In this document: one piece after another, positions 26,421 to 35,747 of the stretch | Numbering within the stretch: the first letter of the stretch is position 1 | Layout: each line of letters opens with the position of its first letter | Assembly: GCA_964529765.1 (NCBI GenBank) | Contig: CAZHAC010000001.1 | Span: 1-57,968 of the forward strand | Length of the DNA stretch: 57,968 bases | From: an uncultured Actinomycetes bacterium | GTDB lineage: Bacteria > Chloroflexota > Dormibacteria > Dormibacterales > Dormibacteraceae | Direction of reading: 5' to 3' | Position numbers and translations under genes: made by a program | Notes under the pieces: model-generated | Databases searched by the model: none | Seen by the model: the letters and a program-made list of their open reading frames with translations, nothing else | Told to the model about the DNA's origin: nothing

Positions 26421-28351
26421 GGCTCCACCACGGCCAGGACCTCGCCGGCGGCTACGGCCTGGCCTTCCCGGACCCGCACCTCAGTCACCGTCCCGCCGCC
26501 GTCCGTGCGCACCCGGTGCTCCATCTTCATCGCCTCCACGATCGCCAGCACCTGGCCGGGCTCGACCCTGTCGCCGGCGCTCACCAGGACCTTCAAAACA
26601 ACCCCCGGCAGGGCCGCATGGAGCGACCCGGCGGGTTCGGTAGTGGCAGGTTCCGGCAGCGGATCCAGCTCCCGCAGAGCGCAGTAGCCGAGCGAGCTGT
26701 CGACGTGGGCCACGGTGCCAACCAGGTGGACCTCGAACCGCCGCCGGACGCCGTCCACCAGGAGCTCCACCACCTCCGGCCGGGCAGCCACCACCTCGGC
26801 GTCGAGCCGCTCACCGTCCACCGCCAGACCGGCGCCGTAGGACACCTCGATTTCGCCGGCGGGGATCGCGAAGCGGGTCCGGGCGGGACCCGAGCGGACG
26901 TTGCGCCAGCCCGAGGGGAGGGTCGCCAGCACCGTTGCTGCAGCCCGGCGGGCGCGCTCGCCGGCGAGCGCGGCGGCAGCGGCGTGGAGGCGGAGGCCGT
27001 GCACGTCCAGCGGCGGCCGGGAGAGCTCCGCCGGCGGGCGGCGCTCCAGGAACCCGGTGTCGATGCGGCCGGCCAGGAACTCGCTGTCCGCGAGAATGCC
27101 GACCAGCAGGTCGCGATTGTTGGCGACGCCGTGGATTCGCGCCCCAGCCAGAGCGGCGCGCAGCCTCGCCGCCGCCTTATCCCGGGTAGGCGCATGGGCG
27201 ATGACCTTGGCCAGCAGCGAGTCGTAGTGCACGCCCAGCTCACTGCCATCCTCGACCGCGGAGTCGACCCGAACCCCAGGGGCGCCGACCTGGAAGCGGT
27301 CGAGACGGCCGGCGCCAGGAGCCCATTCGTGGAGTGGGTCCTCGGCGATGAGGCGGGCCTCGATGGCGCTGCCCTGGAGCCGGAAGGGGCCCTCGGGAAG
27401 GTGCTCGCCGGCGGCGACCTCGAGCTGGAGGCGGACCAGGTCGAGGCCGGTCACCGCCTCGGTCACTGGGTGCTCCACCTGGAGCCGCGTGTTCACCTCC
27501 AGGAGGTGGAAGCGGCCCTCGCCGTCGAGGATGAACTCCACCGTGCCGGCGCCCACGTAGCCCGCTGCTTTGGCGAGCGCCACGGCGGCCGCGCCCAGCC
27601 GCTCCCGAAGCTCGGCGTCGACCGCTGGCGACGGCGACTCCTCGATCAGCTTTTGGTGCCGGCGCTGGATCGAGCACTCACGCTCGAAGAGGTGGATCAC
27701 CCGGCCGCGCTTGTCGGCCATGATCTGCACTTCAACGTGGCGCGGCGCGCGCAGGTACGGCTCCAGAAAGACGGTGCCATCGGCGAAGGCGGCCGCGGCC
27801 TCCCGGCGGGCGGAGTCGAGCGCCTGGTCAAGGTCCTGCGGCCGCTCAACCACCCGCATGCCGCGGCCGCCGCCGCCGGCGGCAGCTTTCACCAACAGAG
27901 GGAACCCAAGCCGGGCGGCTTGCGCGTCGACCGCATGCCCGTCGACCTCGACGGCCGGCAAGGTCGGCACACCCGCCGCCGCCGCGATTCGCTTGGCCTC
28001 CAGCTTGGAGCCGAGGCGGGCGATGACCGCGGAGGGGGGTCCAACGAACTCAACCCCGGCCTCCTCACACAGCCGCGCGAAGCCGGCGTTCTCGGCCAGG
28101 AAGCCGTAACCCGGATGGATGGCGTCGGCGCCGGTTCTGCGAGCGGCCGCCACGATCACGTCGCCGCGCAGATAGGAGTCAGCCGGCGCCGCCCAACCAA
28201 TCGGGACAGCCTCGTCAGCCTCAGCCACGAAAGGAGCGTTCCGATCCGCCTCCGAGTAGACGGCCACGGTCGCTATCCCCATCAAGCGAGCGGTCCGGAA
28301 AACGCGGCGGGCGATCTCGCCCCGGTTGGCGACCAGCAGCTTGCGGATCAC
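26417..28351 (-). CDS. Acyl-CoA carboxylase alpha subunit (biotin carboxylase + BCCP; AtuF/LiuD-like)
   Basis: KLLVANRGEIARRVFRTARLMGI, an ATP-grasp core, and the C-terminal biotinylation motif VEAMKMEH. 644 aa. Confidence 0.93.
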   Translation of the reverse strand: MIRKLLVANRGEIARRVFRTARLMGIATVAVYSEADRNAPFVAEADEAVPIGWAAPADSYLRGDVIVAAARRTGADAIHPGYGFLAENAGFARLCEEAGVEFVGPPSAVIARLGSKLEAKRIAAAAGVPTLPAVEVDGHAVDAQAARLGFPLLVKAAAGGGGRGMRVVERPQDLDQALDSARREAAAAFADGTVFLEPYLRAPRHVEVQIMADKRGRVIHLFERECSIQRRHQKLIEESPSPAVDAELRERLGAAAVALAKAAGYVGAGTVEFILDGEGRFHLLEVNTRLQVEHPVTEAVTGLDLVRLQLEVAAGEHLPEGPFRLQGSAIEARLIAEDPLHEWAPGAGRLDRFQVGAPGVRVDSAVEDGSELGVHYDSLLAKVIAHAPTRDKAAARLRAALAGARIHGVANNRDLLVGILADSEFLAGRIDTGFLERRPPAELSRPPLDVHGLRLHAAAAALAGERARRAAATVLATLPSGWRNVRSGPARTRFAIPAGEIEVSYGAGLAVDGERLDAEVVAARPEVVELLVDGVRRRFEVHLVGTVAHVDSSLGYCALRELDPLPEPATTEPAGSLHAALPGVVLKVLVSAGDRVEPGQVLAIVEAMKMEHRVRTDGGGTVTEVRVREGQAVAAGEVLAVVEP

Positions 28352-29946
28352 ATCCGGAAGACCCCGAAACGCTCGCTGCCCCGGACGCTGTTGTTGTGCA
28401 CCGCCGAGAGGCAGAGTCCAAGCACCGTGCGGGTGTCGCGGGGATCGATGATGCCGTCGTCATAGAGGCGCGCCGTGTTGAAGAGGGCCAGTGACTCCCG
28501 CTCGATCTGGTCTTCGACCGCCTCTCGCATCCGGGCGTCGGCCTCCTCGTCAAAGTCCCGACCCGCCGAGCGCGCGTTCTCGCGGGCGACGATCGACATC
28601 ACCCCGGCCAGCTGTTGAGGGCCCATCACGGCGGTCTTGCTGTTGGGCCAGGAGAAGAGGAAGCGGGGGTTGTAGGCCCGTCCCGACATCCCGTAGTTGC
28701 CCGCCCCGTAGGAGGCGCCGACGATGACGGTGATGTGCGGGACGCCGCTGTTGGCCACCGCATTGATCATCTTGGCGCCGTCCTTGACGATCCCCCGCTG
28801 TTCGTAGCGCCGGCCGACGATGTAGCCCGTGGTGTTCTGCAGGAACACGAGCGGGGTGTCCTTCTGGTTGGCGAGCCCGATGAACTCGGCCGCCTTTAGG
28901 GCCTCGTCCGAGAAGAGCACCCCGACGTCGTTGGCCAGGATTCCCACCGGGAAGCCGTGGATATCCGCCCAGCCGGCGACCAGGTTGGTGCCGAAGAGCG
29001 GCTTCCACTCGTCGAAGCGGCTGCCGTCGACCACCCTGGCGATCACCTCACGGATCGGCATCGGCACCCGGATGTCGGCGTTCGCGATGCCGAGCAGCTC
29101 CTCCGGGTCGTGGATCGGTTCGTCGGCGGGCCCGGACGGTCCCGGCCCGAGCTTGCGCCAGTTGAGCCGGCCTACGATCTCGCGCCCCAGCCGCAGCGCG
29201 TCCCGCTCGTCGACTGCCAGGTAGTCCGAGACGCCGGAGGTCCGGGAGTGCATCTCCGCGCCCCCCAGCTCCTCGTCGCCGGACTCTTCGCCGGTGGCCA
29301 TCTTCACGAGCGGGGGGCCGCCGAGGAACACCTTCGCCTGCTCCTTGACCATCACGACGTAGTCGCAGAGCCCGGGCACATAGGCGCCACCCGCGGTGGC
29401 GTTGCCGAAGACAAGAGCGAGCGTGGGGATGCCGAGCGCGGAGAGCTGGGTCAGGTTGCGGAAGATGGCCCCGGCGGGCACGAAGATCTCGGCCTGGGTC
29501 GGCAGGTCGGCGCCACCCGACTCGACGAGGTTGACCAGCGGGAGCCGGTTCTCGCGGGCGATGTCCATCGCTCGCAACGTCTTCTTTAAAGAGAAGGGGT
29601 TCATTGTTCCGCCCCGGACCGTCGCGTCATGGGCGATCAAGACGCATTCCACCCCGTTAATGACGCCGACTCCGGTCACGACGCTGGCGCCGACCGTGAA
29701 CTGGGTGCCGTTGGCGGCCAGCGGCGAGAGCTCGAGGAAGGGCGAGTCGCGGTCGACCAACAGCTCGATCCGCTCCCTGGCGAGCAGCTTGCCCCGCGCG
29801 CGATGACGCTCCACGTAGCGCTCGCCACCACCCATCCTGGCCTCTGCCACGAGCGCCTCGATCTCGGCCAGCCGGGCCAGCATCGCCTCCCGGTTGGCGG
29901 CGAAATCGGGCGAGCGCCGATCAACGCTGGAGGGCAGGACCGGCAT
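28348..29946 (-). CDS. Acyl-CoA carboxylase beta subunit (carboxyltransferase; AtuC/LiuB-like)
   Basis: ORF ..30069 trimmed to ATG 29946 (MPVLPSSVDRRSPDFAANREAM). VESGGADLPTQAEIF and FGNATAGGAYVPGLCDY. 532 aa, typical of methylcrotonyl/geranyl-CoA carboxylase beta subunits. Confidence 0.9.
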   Translation of the reverse strand: MPVLPSSVDRRSPDFAANREAMLARLAEIEALVAEARMGGGERYVERHRARGKLLARERIELLVDRDSPFLELSPLAANGTQFTVGASVVTGVGVINGVECVLIAHDATVRGGTMNPFSLKKTLRAMDIARENRLPLVNLVESGGADLPTQAEIFVPAGAIFRNLTQLSALGIPTLALVFGNATAGGAYVPGLCDYVVMVKEQAKVFLGGPPLVKMATGEESGDEELGGAEMHSRTSGVSDYLAVDERDALRLGREIVGRLNWRKLGPGPSGPADEPIHDPEELLGIANADIRVPMPIREVIARVVDGSRFDEWKPLFGTNLVAGWADIHGFPVGILANDVGVLFSDEALKAAEFIGLANQKDTPLVFLQNTTGYIVGRRYEQRGIVKDGAKMINAVANSGVPHITVIVGASYGAGNYGMSGRAYNPRFLFSWPNSKTAVMGPQQLAGVMSIVARENARSAGRDFDEEADARMREAVEDQIERESLALFNTARLYDDGIIDPRDTRTVLGLCLSAVHNNSVRGSERFGVFRM

Positions 29947-29963
29947 GGGCGGTGGGACTGCGG

Positions 29964-30566
29964 CTAGCGGGCGGTGATGCCGTTGAGCGCGATCGCCACG
30001 ACCTGGTCGGCGAGCTGCTCCGGCTTGACCGGGCCGCGGGGGTTGTACCAGTTGTAGATCCAGTTGCACATCGCCACCACCGACTCCACCAGCACACGTG
30101 GGTGAAGGTCGCTGCGAATCGAGCCATCGGCCTGGCCGGCCTTCACGATGCTCTCCAACTGGCGGTCGTAACGGCGCTTGCGCGACGCGATTCGCTTTGC
30201 ATCCTCTTCCGGCAGCGAGCCGACGTCTTTGAAGAAGACGGCGATTGTCTCGAGGTTGTCGGCCACGACCAGGGTGTGCGCACGGAGTGCCTCACCCAGC
30301 TTCTCGACCGGCCGCAGGTCGCTCTCCTGGATCTTCTCGAAGCGTTCGACGAGCAGGTCCATCGCCCGATCGTGGATCTCACAGAGCAGGCTTTCCTTGC
30401 TCGGCACCCAGTGGTACAGAGCAGCCCGGGTAACGCCCAGCTCAGCGGCGACCGCCTCCAGCGTGGTGCCCCGATAGCCCTCGGTCGAGAAGAGGCGGCG
30501 TGCGGTATCGAGGATCGCCTCCCGGGTGACGCCGCGCCGGCGATTGGTCGTCCGCGCTACCGACAT
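29964..30566 (-). CDS. TetR-family transcriptional regulator
   Basis: N-terminal HTH REAILDTARRLFSTEGYRGTTLEAVAAELGVTRAALYHWVPSKE. 200 aa, first gene of the carboxylase operon. Confidence 0.92.
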   Translation of the reverse strand: MSVARTTNRRRGVTREAILDTARRLFSTEGYRGTTLEAVAAELGVTRAALYHWVPSKESLLCEIHDRAMDLLVERFEKIQESDLRPVEKLGEALRAHTLVVADNLETIAVFFKDVGSLPEEDAKRIASRKRRYDRQLESIVKAGQADGSIRSDLHPRVLVESVVAMCNWIYNWYNPRGPVKPEQLADQVVAIALNGITAR

Positions 30567-30614
30567 GAGCAGTGCAAAGGTTACCGCCTCGGAGGCCGAA
30601 CCGCGAGTTGTAAT

Positions 30615-30632
30615 TGACTAACCAGTAAGTAA
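30615..30632. promoter_or_regulatory. Operator-like inverted repeat, site 3 (reads TTACTTAC-TG-GTTAGTCA on the minus strand)
   Basis: Lies in the 80-bp divergent gap between the TetR start (30566) and the ACAD start (30647). 14 of 16 specified positions match sites 1/2. Confidence 0.55.
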
Positions 30633-30646
30633 ACTAGCGGTCGCGC

Positions 30647-31828
30647 ATGATCCACCCAACGGAGCTTTCGGGTCCACCCACGGAGGCCACGGCGGCGCTT
30701 CGCGAGGGCATCCGTTCGGCGGCGGCTCGGATCGCCCGCCGCCATCCGCGTGACTACTGGCTCGAACGGGCCCGTGGCGGCGGCCACATCCCGGAGATGT
30801 GGGCTTCCCTGGCGGAGGCGGACCTGCTTGGGCTGGGTGTCCCAGAGCACTACGGAGGCGCCGGCGGCGGCGTTTACGAGATGGTGCTGCTCCTCGACGA
30901 ACTCGCCCGGGCGGGCGTGCCCAGCCTGCAGCTGCTCCTGACCGGCCTCGTCCACGCGGCGCTCGCCCGTCACGCCACGCCAGACCAGGTCGAGCGCTAC
31001 CTGAGGCCGAGCATCGAGGGCCGTCTCCGGTTCTGTCTGGGCGTCACCGAGCCCGATGCCGGCACCAACACGTTCGCTATCCGGACGACGGCCCGCCGGG
31101 CCGGCGGCGGCTACCTCGTCACCGGGCAGAAAACCTTCATCTCCGGCGCCGACGAGGCGCAGTACATGTACACCGTGGCCCGCTCAGAGGAGCACTCGGC
31201 GGGCGAGCGCGCTGCCTTCTCGGTGCTGATGATCCCGCTTGACGCACCGGGGGTAGAGCGTCAGCGGCTCGACATCGAGATTCTCCAGCCCGAGTACCAG
31301 TTCACGGTCTTCATGAACGAGGTTCGGGTCGGCGCCGACGCGGTCGTCGGCACGCCCGGGGCCGGCGGCCAGGCCCTGTTCGACGCCTTCAACGCCGAGC
31401 GCCTGCTGGTGGCCGCGATCGCCGGCGGTCTGGGCCGCTACGCGCTCGAACAGGCGGTCGCCTACGCCCGTGAGCGTCGCGTCTTCGGCCGCCCCATCGG
31501 TGGCCATCAGGCTCTACAGCACCGCCTCGCTCGGGCGAGTGCTCACCTCGAGGCGGCACGGCTGACGATGTACGCGGGAGCCGCAGCCTACGACCGCGGC
31601 GAGGAGGCGGGCCCGCTGTGCGCGATGGCCAAGTACCTGGCCTCCGAAGCCGGCGCCGAGGCCACCGACGCCGCCATCCAGGCTCACGGCGGCTACGCCT
31701 TTGACGCCGGCTACGGCGTGGCTTCGATCTGGCCGCTGGTGAGGCTCTTCTCGATCGCCCCGATCACCAACGAGATGGTCCTCAACTACATCGGAGAACG
31801 GATCCTTGGACTCCCGAAGTCCTACTGA
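30647..31828 (+). CDS. Acyl-CoA dehydrogenase
   Basis: GVTEPDAGTN, GQKTFISGA, and a C-terminal helical domain ending PITNEMVLNYIGERILGLPKSY. 393 aa. Confidence 0.92.
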   Translation: MIHPTELSGPPTEATAALREGIRSAAARIARRHPRDYWLERARGGGHIPEMWASLAEADLLGLGVPEHYGGAGGGVYEMVLLLDELARAGVPSLQLLLTGLVHAALARHATPDQVERYLRPSIEGRLRFCLGVTEPDAGTNTFAIRTTARRAGGGYLVTGQKTFISGADEAQYMYTVARSEEHSAGERAAFSVLMIPLDAPGVERQRLDIEILQPEYQFTVFMNEVRVGADAVVGTPGAGGQALFDAFNAERLLVAAIAGGLGRYALEQAVAYARERRVFGRPIGGHQALQHRLARASAHLEAARLTMYAGAAAYDRGEEAGPLCAMAKYLASEAGAEATDAAIQAHGGYAFDAGYGVASIWPLVRLFSIAPITNEMVLNYIGERILGLPKSY

Positions 31829-32648
31829 CCTCGACGTCGATCCCGACGCGCGCCGCTTCTTCGCCGCCGATCTGCTCGCCGGCCTGGTGATCGTTGTCAC
31901 CGGGGGCGGCACCGGTCTCGGCTTCGCGGCGGCGCTGGCCCTGGGCCAGGTCGGCGCCCGGGTCGTGCTCGCCGGCCGAGACGCGGAACAGCTGGCCACC
32001 GCGGCCGGCCGCCTTCAGGGTCATGGCGTCAGCGCTGATTACGCCGCGCTCAACATCCGCGACCAGCCCGCCGTGGACCGCTACTTTGAGCGGGTGGTCG
32101 CCGAGCACGGGCGTCTCGACGGCCTCGTCAACAGTGCGGGCGGCCAGTTCACGAGCCCAGCGGAGGAGCTGACGCCGAACGGCTGGCGATCCGTGGTCGA
32201 CCTCAACCTCAACGGAACCTGGTGGTGCACCAGGGCAGCCGGCCGCCAGATGATCGTGCTCGGCAACGGCGGCCGGATCCTCAACATGGTCGTTTCCTTC
32301 GCCGACCGCTCCTCGGCCGGCATGGTCCACTCCGGCGCCGCCCGGGCCGGCGTGGTCCACATGACTCGCACGCTGGCGCGCGAGTGGGCCCAGTTTGGAA
32401 TCAGCGTCAACGCGATCGGCCCTCAGGCGACCACCGACGCCGTCCGCCGCCTCTACGGCCCGGCCGGAATCGCGAACGTCGAGAACTCGACACCACTCGG
32501 CCGCTGGGGCACGCCCGAGGAGATCGCGCTCTGGGTGGTGGCCCTCATCTCGCCCATGGCCGCCTACCTGACCGGGGCCTTCATCCCCATCGACGGCGGC
32601 AACGCCGCGGGAACCGGTCTCAACTTCCGCAACGGGTCCACGCGCTGA
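31806..32648 (+). CDS. SDR, 2,4-dienoyl-CoA-reductase-like
   Basis: VVTGGGTGLG, VNSAGG, and HSGAARAG in place of the classical Y-x-x-x-K segment, as I recall for DECR-type SDRs. TTG start overlapping the ACAD end by 23 nt (provisional). Confidence 0.78.
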   Translation: MDSRSPTDLDVDPDARRFFAADLLAGLVIVVTGGGTGLGFAAALALGQVGARVVLAGRDAEQLATAAGRLQGHGVSADYAALNIRDQPAVDRYFERVVAEHGRLDGLVNSAGGQFTSPAEELTPNGWRSVVDLNLNGTWWCTRAAGRQMIVLGNGGRILNMVVSFADRSSAGMVHSGAARAGVVHMTRTLAREWAQFGISVNAIGPQATTDAVRRLYGPAGIANVENSTPLGRWGTPEEIALWVVALISPMAAYLTGAFIPIDGGNAAGTGLNFRNGSTR

Positions 32649-33658
32649 TGCCCAACTGGACCGCCGACCAGGTGCTGCACACGCGGATCTGCGACCTCTT
32701 CGGGATCGAGTACCCCGTGGTCCAGGCCGGGATGGGCTACCTCGCCCGAGTCGAGCTCACCGCGGCCGTCTCCGAGGCCGGCGGCTTCGGCGTCATCGGG
32801 AGCACCGGCAACCTGAGCCCCGACGAGCTCCGGGACGAGATCCGCGGGGTGCGAGCGCTGACCGCCAAGCCATTCGCGGTCAACCTCCTGTTTCCCGTCT
32901 TCGACGACTCCCTCGCGGGGCGAGCGATGGCCGCCGATCTCGATGCCAAAGTAGAGGTCGTTCTCGACGAGGCCGTCCCCGTCCTCGGGGCCGGGCTGGG
33001 CACGCCCGAGCGGCGCTATGTCGAGGCCTGCCGGTCACGGGGGACTCTGGTCATGACGACGGTCGGCGCGGTGCGGCACGCCGAGAAGGCGGTGGCGGCG
33101 GGCGCCGATGTTGTCGTGGCCCAGGGCTGGGAGGCCGGCGGCCACAACAGCCGGGTGGCCTCGATGGCGCTGATTCCCCAGGTCGTCCGGGCTGCCGGCG
33201 CCCAGGTGCCCGTGCTCGCGGCGGGCGGCCTGGCGAGCGGCGCCGGGTTGGTTGCCGCTCTCGCGCTGGGTGCCTCCGGAGGCTACTTCGGCACGGTGTT
33301 TGCGGCCAGCCGGGAGGCCCATGCTCATGACAACTTCAAGCAAGCGGTGATCGAGGCCGGCGACACCTCCACGGTGGTGACTCGCGGCTACAGCGGCAAG
33401 CCGGCCCGCCTGCTGCGCAACGCCTTCACCGAGTACTGGGACGCGCATGCTTCCGAGATCCAGCCCTTCCCGCGGCAGATGGAGCTCAACCAGGAGGTCA
33501 CCGCGGCCGCCCGCGTGAACGGCGAAATCGATCGCGGGCCACTGCCCGCCGGTCAGATCGCCGGCTTGCTGACCGAGGTCGAGCCGGCGGCGGCGATCGT
33601 GGAGCGCATCATGGCCGAGGCCCGGGCCGTACTCGAGACCGGGCTCGCCAGCCGGTGA
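32648..33658 (+). CDS. Nitronate monooxygenase / FMN-dependent enoyl-reductase-like (NMO family)
   Basis: ORF 32222.. trimmed to ATG 32648 (TGATG junction). FGIEYPVVQAGMGY, VVAQGWEAGGH. Confidence 0.88.
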   Translation: MPNWTADQVLHTRICDLFGIEYPVVQAGMGYLARVELTAAVSEAGGFGVIGSTGNLSPDELRDEIRGVRALTAKPFAVNLLFPVFDDSLAGRAMAADLDAKVEVVLDEAVPVLGAGLGTPERRYVEACRSRGTLVMTTVGAVRHAEKAVAAGADVVVAQGWEAGGHNSRVASMALIPQVVRAAGAQVPVLAAGGLASGAGLVAALALGASGGYFGTVFAASREAHAHDNFKQAVIEAGDTSTVVTRGYSGKPARLLRNAFTEYWDAHASEIQPFPRQMELNQEVTAAARVNGEIDRGPLPAGQIAGLLTEVEPAAAIVERIMAEARAVLETGLASR

Positions 33659-34812
33659 TCGAGCGCACCCTCTTCAGCGAGGAACACGAGACATTCCGGG
33701 CCACGGTCCGGCGCTTCGTTGAGCGCGAGATTGTCCCCCACCACGCCGAATGGGAGCGGGCGGGGGTTGTTCCCCGCGAGCTGTGGCGCCGGGCGGGGGC
33801 GGAAGGGCTGCTCTGCTGCAACATTCCGGCCCAATACGGCGGCCAAGGCGGTGACTTCTTATTCAGCGTCGTCGTGATCGAGGAGCTGATGCGGGTCGGC
33901 GCCACCGGGCCCTTCTTCTACCTTCACTCCGACATCGTCGCCCCCTACATCCTGAAGTACGGCAGCGAGGAGCAAAAGCGGCGCTGGCTGCCGGCGATGG
34001 CGGAGGGCGAGGCGATCGGCGCCATCGCGATGAGCGAGCCACGCGGGGGCAGCGACCTCCAGCACATCGAGACGACGGCCCTCCCCGAGGGCGACGAGTA
34101 CGTGGTCAACGGCCAGAAGGTCTTCATCTCCAACGGCCAGCTGTGCGACCTGGTGCTCGTCGCCGCCCAGACCGTGCCCGGATCCGGCGCTCGCGGCATG
34201 ACCCTGCTGCTGATCGAAGCCGAGCGGGAGGGATTCCAGCGCGGCCGCAACCTGGAGAAGATCGGTCTCAAGGCCCAGGACACATCCGAGCTTTTCTTCA
34301 ACGAGGTCCGGGTGCCGCGAACGAACGTCCTCGGCGAGGTTGGCCGGGGCTTCCACCAGCTGATGACCGAGCTAGCCCAAGAGCGGCTGATCCAGTGCGT
34401 CAAAGCGGTCGCCGTGTGCGAGGCGGCGCTGGAGTGGACGATCGCCTACACGCGCGAGCGAGATGTCTTCGGCAAGCCCCTTGCCAGCTACCAGAACACG
34501 CAGTTCAAGCTGGCCGAGCTGACCGCCCTGACGCGCACCCAGCGGGTCTTCATCGACCGCTGCCTGGAGCTCCACCTCGCGGGCCGGCTTGACTCCGTCG
34601 ACGCCGCGATCGCGAAGCTGACCGCGACCGAGGCACAGGTCAAGGTGGTGGACGAGTGCCTCCAGCTGTTCGGCGGTTGGGGCTACATGTGGGAATACCC
34701 GATCGCCCGCGCCTACGCCGACGCCCGCCAGGCCAAGCTGGCAGGCGGGTCGATCGAGGTCATGAAGACGATCATCGCCCGCTCGATCCTGCCCAGGACC
34801 GATCGGGACTAG
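33655..34812 (+). CDS. Acyl-CoA dehydrogenase
   Basis: AMSEPRGGSDL, GQKVFISNG, FGGWGYMWEYPIARAYADAR. GTGA overlap. Confidence 0.92.
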   Translation: MIERTLFSEEHETFRATVRRFVEREIVPHHAEWERAGVVPRELWRRAGAEGLLCCNIPAQYGGQGGDFLFSVVVIEELMRVGATGPFFYLHSDIVAPYILKYGSEEQKRRWLPAMAEGEAIGAIAMSEPRGGSDLQHIETTALPEGDEYVVNGQKVFISNGQLCDLVLVAAQTVPGSGARGMTLLLIEAEREGFQRGRNLEKIGLKAQDTSELFFNEVRVPRTNVLGEVGRGFHQLMTELAQERLIQCVKAVAVCEAALEWTIAYTRERDVFGKPLASYQNTQFKLAELTALTRTQRVFIDRCLELHLAGRLDSVDAAIAKLTATEAQVKVVDECLQLFGGWGYMWEYPIARAYADARQAKLAGGSIEVMKTIIARSILPRTDRD

Positions 34813-34830
34813 CCAACGGAGGATTTGCGG

Positions 34831-35742
34831 ATGGGAGCGCTGGAAGGCAAGGTCGTGATCGTCACCGGCGCCGGTCGCGGCATCGGGCGAGACATAGCCC
34901 GGATGGCGGGGACCGAGGGCGCGCGCGTGGTCGTCAACGACCTCGGCGGCGCGGCCGATGGCACCGGTGCGGACGCGACTCCGGCTCAGCAGGTGGCCAA
35001 TGAGATCACGGCCGCCGGCGGTATCGCTGTCGCCAGCACCGACAGCGTTGCCGACTGGGAGAGCGCTCAGCGCATCGTCCAGACCGCGCTCGACACCTAC
35101 GGGCGCCTGGACGCCGTCATCAACAACGCCGGCATCCTGCGCGACCGGATCTTCCACCAGATGGACCCGGCCGATTTCGACACCGTCGTCAAGGTCCATC
35201 TCTACGGCTGCTTTTACGTCGCGCGCGCGGCCGCTCCCCACTTCCGGCGGCAGGAGTCGGGCGCCTTCGTGCACATGACGTCGACCTCGGGGCTGATCGG
35301 CAACTTCGGGCAGGCGAACTACGCCGCCGCCAAGCTTGGCATCGCTGGTTTGTCCAAATCGATAGCGCTGGACATGAGCCTCTTCAATGTCCGCTCCAAC
35401 TGCATCGCGCCCTTCGCGTGGAGCCGGTTGATCGGGACGATCCCGACCGACGACCCCGTACAGAAGGAGAGGGTGGAAAAGATCAAGACGATGGGCACCG
35501 ACAAGATCGCACCGGTGGCTGTCTTCCTCGCCTCCGACTTGAGCGCGCCGATGACGGGCCAGATCCTCGGGGTGCGCAAGAACGAGGTGTTCCTCTTCAA
35601 CCAGCATCGCCCGGTGCGTTCGCTGCACCGCTCCGAGGGGTGGACGCCGGCGCTGCTGGCCGAGCACTTGAAACCGGCCTTCAAACCCTCCCTGGTGCCG
35701 CTCGAGCGCTCGGCTGACGTGTTCAGCTGGGACCCTGTCTGA
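34831..35742 (+). CDS. SDR of the MFE-2 (3R-hydroxyacyl-CoA dehydrogenase) type
   Basis: ATG 34831 preferred, 8 nt after GGAGGA (track start TTG 34825). VTGAGRGIGRDIA, NNAGILRD, YAAAKLG. Confidence 0.85.
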   Translation: MGALEGKVVIVTGAGRGIGRDIARMAGTEGARVVVNDLGGAADGTGADATPAQQVANEITAAGGIAVASTDSVADWESAQRIVQTALDTYGRLDAVINNAGILRDRIFHQMDPADFDTVVKVHLYGCFYVARAAAPHFRRQESGAFVHMTSTSGLIGNFGQANYAAAKLGIAGLSKSIALDMSLFNVRSNCIAPFAWSRLIGTIPTDDPVQKERVEKIKTMGTDKIAPVAVFLASDLSAPMTGQILGVRKNEVFLFNQHRPVRSLHRSEGWTPALLAEHLKPAFKPSLVPLERSADVFSWDPV

Positions 35743-35747
35743 CCGCG

